From NCBI GenBank assembly GCA_009995365.1, contig JAACPR010000003.1, forward strand, positions 405 to 64,404: a stretch of 64,000 nucleotides of DNA. The letters are read 5' to 3'. This stretch comes from Candidatus Parcubacteria bacterium (GTDB lineage: Bacteria; Patescibacteriota; Minisyncoccia; Phycocordibacterales; JAACPR01). The notes below the pieces were generated by a model. The model saw nothing but the letters and a program-made list of their open reading frames with translations, was not told where the DNA came from and made no database searches. Position 1 is the stretch's first letter. Every line of letters begins with the position of its first letter. Of the stretch, positions 58,690-64,000 are shown piece by piece. The translations under genes and the position numbers were made by a program.

Positions 58690-58931
58690 TTCTCGGTACT
58701 TTTATTTTGACTATCTTGAGTTTTGTTTAAAGCTCTATCAAACATCTTTTCCATACGGTTTTGCATCTTATTTATGATGGGGGTCATAATGAATTTAACT
58801 TCTTTCATATAGAATTCTGCACCTTTCTTTGAGTCACCGTTAAAAACTCCGTAGATAACAGCAAGTATTACTGCACCAATCAATAATGCTCTTAAAATCT
58901 TTTTAGGTATGTTAAAGCTCCAATCATCCAT
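58686..58931 (-). CDS. Small membrane protein
   Basis: One TM helix; translationally adjacent to the M48 gene. Confidence 0.55.
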   Translation of the reverse strand: MDDWSFNIPKKILRALLIGAVILAVIYGVFNGDSKKGAEFYMKEVKFIMTPIINKMQNRMEKMFDRALNKTQDSQNKSTEN

Positions 58932-58932
58932 G

Positions 58933-59502
58933 TTAGTGAAATCTTAAACCACTCCTTTTTAGTTCTTCCTTAATCTCTAGATAATCAGGCATGGCTTTGG
59001 CTACCAGATTCCAAAACTTCTGAGAGTGGTTAAATTGTCCGAGATGACAGAGTTCGTGTACGACTATGTACTCAGCGAGACGTTCAGGTAGCAACGCAAT
59101 CTTATAGTTGAAATTGAGATTACCTTTTTTAGAACAGCTACCCCAGCGAGTCTTCTGGTTTTTGATATTAATTTTATTAAAGGAAAACTTGTATATCTTG
59201 TTGAATTTTTTGACCTTTTCCTCAGCCAAGACCAGAGCCTGTTCTTTATATTTTTGATACTCAACATTGGTATTTTTCTTTTTGAATACATCAGCAAACT
59301 GACTAAAGTAATCTAATTTATCGATGACCCATTGAGATCGCTGTATGATGAATTTCTCAATAACAGAAACATCAACATTTCTAGGGGTGGTCACAATAAA
59401 AGCACCGTCACAATAAATTGCGAGGCGGAGTCTTTTTGCTCGCTTACTTACCTTGAGCGTATATGGAACTTTTCTTTTGTGAAGTTCTATATGCTTTTTC
59501 AT
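58933..59502 (-). CDS. YgjP/M48-family metal-dependent hydrolase
   Basis: QKTRWGSCS, YIVVHELCHL and HSQKFW; this family commonly follows hsdR. Confidence 0.9.
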   Translation of the reverse strand: MKKHIELHKRKVPYTLKVSKRAKRLRLAIYCDGAFIVTTPRNVDVSVIEKFIIQRSQWVIDKLDYFSQFADVFKKKNTNVEYQKYKEQALVLAEEKVKKFNKIYKFSFNKINIKNQKTRWGSCSKKGNLNFNYKIALLPERLAEYIVVHELCHLGQFNHSQKFWNLVAKAMPDYLEIKEELKRSGLRFH

Positions 59503-59504
59503 AA

Positions 59505-62417
59505 TTAGAATTTTTTAATTACCACATCAATGAGTCGGTTTAGGTATTTGTGGAAGTCAGAAATCTGAATCTTGCCTTTGTAATCCTTGAGGATTAATTC
59601 TTGTAGTGTTCTCTTTGCTTCTTTGATAAATTCTTCACGCTTTGAAGAATCTTGCCATCCTTCATCGAGCACATCTTCTAGTCGAGATGACATTTCCTTG
59701 ATGAATTCTTTGATAACAGTTTTATCAGATTCACCAATAAACTCCTCAGAAATAACAAACAGTCCGTATTCGTGAAGTGAGTATCCTAGTTCCTTAGCTT
59801 CTTCTGTCTTTGTCTTAATGTCATTAAGCAACTCGTAATATCGCTTGATACGCTCAGCGAGATCAATCTGATGTTTTTCAAATTCTTGTCTGATAGAAGT
59901 TAGTCGTTCCCCAAAACCTTTAAATGCAGGGTGAGTATCTATGTTAATAGATATTTCACGCTTAAGCATTTTCTCAAGGTTGAGAGCCTTGTCTTCTTCA
60001 GGAAGCTTGTCCAACTTATTAAGTGTTGCAAGGTCATGAACTGACAACTCACGGAAGTTTTTAGTGATTCCTTCGTAATCGATTTTGTCTTGAATAAGGT
60101 TTTTGATCTTCTCTCCATATTCGGCAAGAGAAAACGCATCAACTCCTTCTGGTTGAAATTCCTTACTAAAAGCAAGGTAGAAGCTAGTGATCCATTCAAA
60201 CTTTCGCAAGTACTCAATAAGGAATGGGTCAGGAGAAAGTATCTCAAACAACATCTTTAGGCGACTGTACTTATCTTTAAAGAATTGTTGTTTGCTCTGA
60301 TTGTCGATAAATATCTTTAGACATCGACGAAGATTATCGATTGAAGGGTCTTCGATATTAACTCCTTCAAATAGACTCATGACTTCATCGAGTACTTTTT
60401 TGAAGTCCTCCTTCAGTCTCTCGATGTTTATCATTGCACTATCAACAACACTCTCATCAAAGTTGAGTGCGTCATAAAGGTTTTTTGTCACACCATAATA
60501 ATCAATAATCTTTCCACATCCTTTATTTGGATAGACTCGATTAGTACGAGCAATAGCCTGAAGAAGATTATGATCTCGTAATGGCTTATCGAGATACATA
60601 ACCTGTTCAACAGGTGCATCAAAACCAGTCAAAAGCATGTCACAGACCAATAGGAATTTTAGAGGATGAGATGGGTCTTTGAATTGCTCAATGATTTTCT
60701 CTCTCTTCTGTTTATTAGTGTTGTATTTCTTAAGATCATCACTATCACTATTTGGATCCGCCGGAGAATACACTACCTCAGACCATTCAGACGGCACAAG
60801 CTTGTCTAGTAGGTCTTTATACTTTGCTGTCGCTTCACGGTCATAACATACAATCTGTGCTTTAAATCCATTAGGCATGACGTAGAGCTTGTAATGTTCA
60901 ACAATATCTTGTATGACAGCCTCCATTCGCTTCTCTAACTTTACAAGTGCTTCTTTCTTTCCGTATCTCTTTGTAAGAAGTTCTTTTTGTTCCTTACTAA
61001 GTTCAGCGGTCAGTTCATTAAATTTCTTATCTACGGTTTCCTCATCAATAAAGAATTTTGATAGCCGTGCCTCGTATGTAACAGGTAAAGTAGCACCATC
61101 ATCAATGGCTTGCTGAATTGAATAGTAGTCTAGATATCGCTCTCCCTCTTCACCAAAGTTACGATGAGTGTTGATCGTCAACTTATCAATAGGAGTTCCT
61201 GTAAATCCAAAGAAGAACGCATCCTTGAATGCATTACGCATTTTGATAGCAGATATACCTTCGTTGTCTCGATGGGCTTCATCAGATAAAACAATCACAT
61301 TGCCATCGATACTTTCTATTTCCTCAAGCTCTGTAAATTTCTGAATAGTTGAAATGAAGATACCTCGGTCAGCCCCTTTGATTTTCTTTTCAAGGTCTTT
61401 GCGAGACTCAACACGAATAAGATTTTGACCACCCCATGCTTCAAACTCTTCAAATACCTGATCATCAAGATCAATACGGTCGATAAGGATAAATACTTTT
61501 GGGTTCTTTAGTTCAGGAGCATAGCGAAGCTTCCATGCAGTGAAAAACATAGTAAGGGTCTTTCCTGATCCTTGTGTATGCCAAATCAGACCTTTCTTAT
61601 AGTCGCCATCTTCAACTCGCTGAACAATTTTATTGGTTGCATAAAGTTGCTGATAGCGAGCAATCTTTTTTGTGATTCCGTCCTTTTTCTTTTCAAAAAC
61701 AATAAAGTTCTTCAGGATATCGAGAAGCTGTTCTTTTCCAAATAGGAAGTAGAGGGTTGAATCTAATTCATCCTCAAACATCTTTGGCTCATTATGTGGA
61801 TCTTCTCGCCAAGTCAAAAAGTATTGCTTTGGAGAATAGGTTGCTCCGTAGACAGTCTTAAGTCCATCGGTCGCAATGTTGAAACAGTTTGGCAAGAATA
61901 GCTTGGAGGCAACTTTTTCGTATCGCTTAATCTGATCAATAGCATTCTCAAAACTTACTGAGCTAGAAGCGGTAGGGCTTTTAGCCTCAATATCAGATAC
62001 TGGTAAGCCGTTAAGGAATATCATTACATCAGGACGGATGTTCTCTGTCGTACCTTCAAAATAGAACTGGCTTGTTACAACAAATCGATTGTTGTCAGGG
62101 TTTGTAAAATCAACAATTTGAAAATCACGGTTCTTGCCAGTGGCAGGATCCTTGAGGTTAACCCCGTTTCGCATTGCAAAAAGAAATGCTTCGTTGGTAT
62201 CCAGTTTCTTTATTTCTCGAACAACACTTAAAGCCAAATTTTCATCAATGCCGTTTATTTTCTGAACAGACTCTAGTAAATGAGAAGTAATTATGAACTC
62301 GTTTTCAAAAGTACGAAGCTTTGAAAATTCTTCGGCAGGAATAAATTCATAGCCAAGATTTTCTTGGATGAATTTAATGATATGTTTTTCTATTGTATAT
62401 AATTCGTTGAATTTCAT
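59505..62417 (-). CDS. hsdR: Type I restriction enzyme R subunit
   Basis: RPDVMIFLNGLP..IEAK, WHTQGSGKT, DEAHR, FTGTP and MLLTGFDAP. Confidence 0.95.
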   Translation of the reverse strand: MKFNELYTIEKHIIKFIQENLGYEFIPAEEFSKLRTFENEFIITSHLLESVQKINGIDENLALSVVREIKKLDTNEAFLFAMRNGVNLKDPATGKNRDFQIVDFTNPDNNRFVVTSQFYFEGTTENIRPDVMIFLNGLPVSDIEAKSPTASSSVSFENAIDQIKRYEKVASKLFLPNCFNIATDGLKTVYGATYSPKQYFLTWREDPHNEPKMFEDELDSTLYFLFGKEQLLDILKNFIVFEKKKDGITKKIARYQQLYATNKIVQRVEDGDYKKGLIWHTQGSGKTLTMFFTAWKLRYAPELKNPKVFILIDRIDLDDQVFEEFEAWGGQNLIRVESRKDLEKKIKGADRGIFISTIQKFTELEEIESIDGNVIVLSDEAHRDNEGISAIKMRNAFKDAFFFGFTGTPIDKLTINTHRNFGEEGERYLDYYSIQQAIDDGATLPVTYEARLSKFFIDEETVDKKFNELTAELSKEQKELLTKRYGKKEALVKLEKRMEAVIQDIVEHYKLYVMPNGFKAQIVCYDREATAKYKDLLDKLVPSEWSEVVYSPADPNSDSDDLKKYNTNKQKREKIIEQFKDPSHPLKFLLVCDMLLTGFDAPVEQVMYLDKPLRDHNLLQAIARTNRVYPNKGCGKIIDYYGVTKNLYDALNFDESVVDSAMINIERLKEDFKKVLDEVMSLFEGVNIEDPSIDNLRRCLKIFIDNQSKQQFFKDKYSRLKMLFEILSPDPFLIEYLRKFEWITSFYLAFSKEFQPEGVDAFSLAEYGEKIKNLIQDKIDYEGITKNFRELSVHDLATLNKLDKLPEEDKALNLEKMLKREISINIDTHPAFKGFGERLTSIRQEFEKHQIDLAERIKRYYELLNDIKTKTEEAKELGYSLHEYGLFVISEEFIGESDKTVIKEFIKEMSSRLEDVLDEGWQDSSKREEFIKEAKRTLQELILKDYKGKIQISDFHKYLNRLIDVVIKKF

Positions 62418-62418
62418 G

Positions 62419-63561
62419 TTATTTGGTTCTTACTTTTCCACTCAAGAGATCTGCCATTAACCCTTGCTTAAGCTCTGATAATTTAAATTTTAAGTTTTCG
62501 CTAATTAATATCTTGTTATCAATAGAAGAAATAATCTCGGCTATTTTATGTTGTTTTTCTAAATCAGGAACTGGGATAAAGGTATCTCTGATAACAGCTT
62601 GCGATATATTCGGTTGAGCAGCACCAGTTGCTTGATTAACAAAATCTTTTGTTATCGTCAGTAAAAATTGATACAAAAATTCTGGATAAAATTTGTCATT
62701 CGGCAAAACTCCACAAATTGCTTGATTCGTTGAGGATTCAAAATCTAATAAACCAACCTGTCCTGCGGTTGCACCATACATTGCAATAAGAATTGTATTA
62801 CGAGGAAATACTTTTGCTGATGAGTCTTCCAAAGCCTGTTTTGTAATAAATTGTTTTGATGTGCTTACATGACCCTGACGAACTTCACCGCTTGTTAACC
62901 AAGGGATTGTTCCATTTTCGTAGTATTCTCGCTTACTTTTTAGCGGAGTCCCTCCAGAACTAGTTACGCAAACATCTCCGAGTCTTACCCATTTCTCATT
63001 TTTCTCATTTATATACTCAGAAAAAATCTTATGAGTAAGGGATGTCTTGAGTCTTTTGGTTGCATTAATAATTTCACTAATTTTAGTAATATTGTCATCA
63101 ACCGCACTCAAAATATCTGCTATCTTCCTCTGTTCTTTAATTGAAGGAATGACGATATCTAGTTCTTGGTATTGCGAAATGTAATGTCGCTTATGGTTAG
63201 CGATTGGGAAAGTAAAAGATTTCATGATCTCATAAACAAATTTGAGGTCTGTGTTCTGGTCTCGGTTCGTGAGAATTTTTATTGCGGAAGATTTTACCTT
63301 AAATGGGAAATCGACATATTTACTATCAGTAGTAAAATCATCAAAAATAATTGCGGGAGTATCCGTATACACACCATCAGTTTCGTTTGTGTAACCTAAA
63401 ACAAAAGACTTGTTAGCTGTGAGTACAGCCGTCTTTCCTGTAGTGGTGTAACTTGAGCTTTCAACAATATATTTTGTTGGTTGCTCAAAATCCAAAAGAT
63501 CCTTAATCTTCTTTACGCTCCAATCCTTAGGAATATTCTTTTGTAATAAGTTAGTCTTCAT
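62419..63561 (-). CDS. hsdS: Type I restriction-modification specificity subunit
   Basis: Two TRDs, each followed by a conserved P..EQ.KIA repeat; ends LKQGLMADLLSG. Confidence 0.93.
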   Translation of the reverse strand: MKTNLLQKNIPKDWSVKKIKDLLDFEQPTKYIVESSSYTTTGKTAVLTANKSFVLGYTNETDGVYTDTPAIIFDDFTTDSKYVDFPFKVKSSAIKILTNRDQNTDLKFVYEIMKSFTFPIANHKRHYISQYQELDIVIPSIKEQRKIADILSAVDDNITKISEIINATKRLKTSLTHKIFSEYINEKNEKWVRLGDVCVTSSGGTPLKSKREYYENGTIPWLTSGEVRQGHVSTSKQFITKQALEDSSAKVFPRNTILIAMYGATAGQVGLLDFESSTNQAICGVLPNDKFYPEFLYQFLLTITKDFVNQATGAAQPNISQAVIRDTFIPVPDLEKQHKIAEIISSIDNKILISENLKFKLSELKQGLMADLLSGKVRTK

Positions 63562-63563
63562 AA

Positions 63564-64000
63564 TTAGTCATGTGTTTTTACTACCTCAAAATCGTGTATC
63601 GCATCTTTTAGGGCCACAGCACGGTCAATGTATGTATTGTGGTTGGCGATAAAATCTTCCCATTTAACTGGATGTGCATAGGAATGGTCCCACCCATGGT
63701 GGTGATATCCGTAGCAGGTATCACACAGTGAATGATTCTTATCTTTCCTGTTGAACATATTATTCTTTATGATGTTAAAGAAGTTTTGAGTTTGCCAACT
63801 TCGAACACCACAAGGTCTATCGATTACCGCATGATCGTAACTACCGTTACTATCTGGTAATGCGACTAAAATTAGACCATTTGTCCAACTTGTTTTTTCT
63901 CCACGTTGTTGAACTCGCAAAGAATAAGAAATCTCATTTGGAATCCATTGTTCTTCTTGAGGTTCGTAAGCATCAATCATGTTTGGAGAGAGAAGCACGA
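63564..64000 (-). CDS. TIR-like (DUF1863/ThsB-type) protein, 5' end outside the window
   Basis: LLSPNM...QWIPNEISYSLR...NGLILVALP resembles the ThsB TIR WxxxEI catalytic helix. Confidence 0.65.
   Translation of the reverse strand, partial: VLLSPNMIDAYEPQEEQWIPNEISYSLRVQQRGEKTSWTNGLILVALPDSNGSYDHAVIDRPCGVRSWQTQNFFNIIKNNMFNRKDKNHSLCDTCYGYHHHGWDHSYAHPVKWEDFIANHNTYIDRAVALKDAIHDFEVVKTHD

Larger units (their letters stand above)
53117..64000. mobile_element. Phage-like/defence genomic island extending beyond the window
   Basis: Compositional shift after the ABC-F gene; carries HNH, ParB-MTase, MTase, terS/terL, type I RM and a TIR-like gene. The left boundary is approximate. Confidence 0.7.

Overview
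AT-rich bacterial chromosome segment read with the standard code 11. It is most consistent with a Patescibacteria/CPR (Parcubacteria-like) genome: there is no rpmD (L30), few genes have Shine-Dalgarno sites, and it carries type IV pilin-like genes and a VirD4-like ATPase. Bases 1-36 kb hold the str/S10/spc ribosomal superoperon and other core genes, broken by several plug-in genes. The largest insert is a complete diversity-generating retroelement (target/VR, TR, inverted avd, RT) with a RelBE-type TA pair, located between fusA and tuf. A G10 tract at the overlapping avd/RT 5' ends could switch Avd by slippage. An 82-nt structured element with compensatory base changes occurs twice. Bases 36-43.8 kb form an accessory region ending at ssrA (tmRNA). 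It is built as an array of small cargo cassettes separated by four ~150-bp repeats that begin like the ssrA 3' end and keep a conserved short reading frame, plus an IS30. Bases 44-53 kb carry smpB, ftsH, a tRNA-Ile(UAU), recG and an ABC-F gene. Bases 53-64 kb are a phage-like/defence island: HNH, two DNA MTases, terS/terL with no portal or capsid, and a type I RM system with an adjacent TIR-like gene. All calls come from reading the sequence by eye; no database searches were run.
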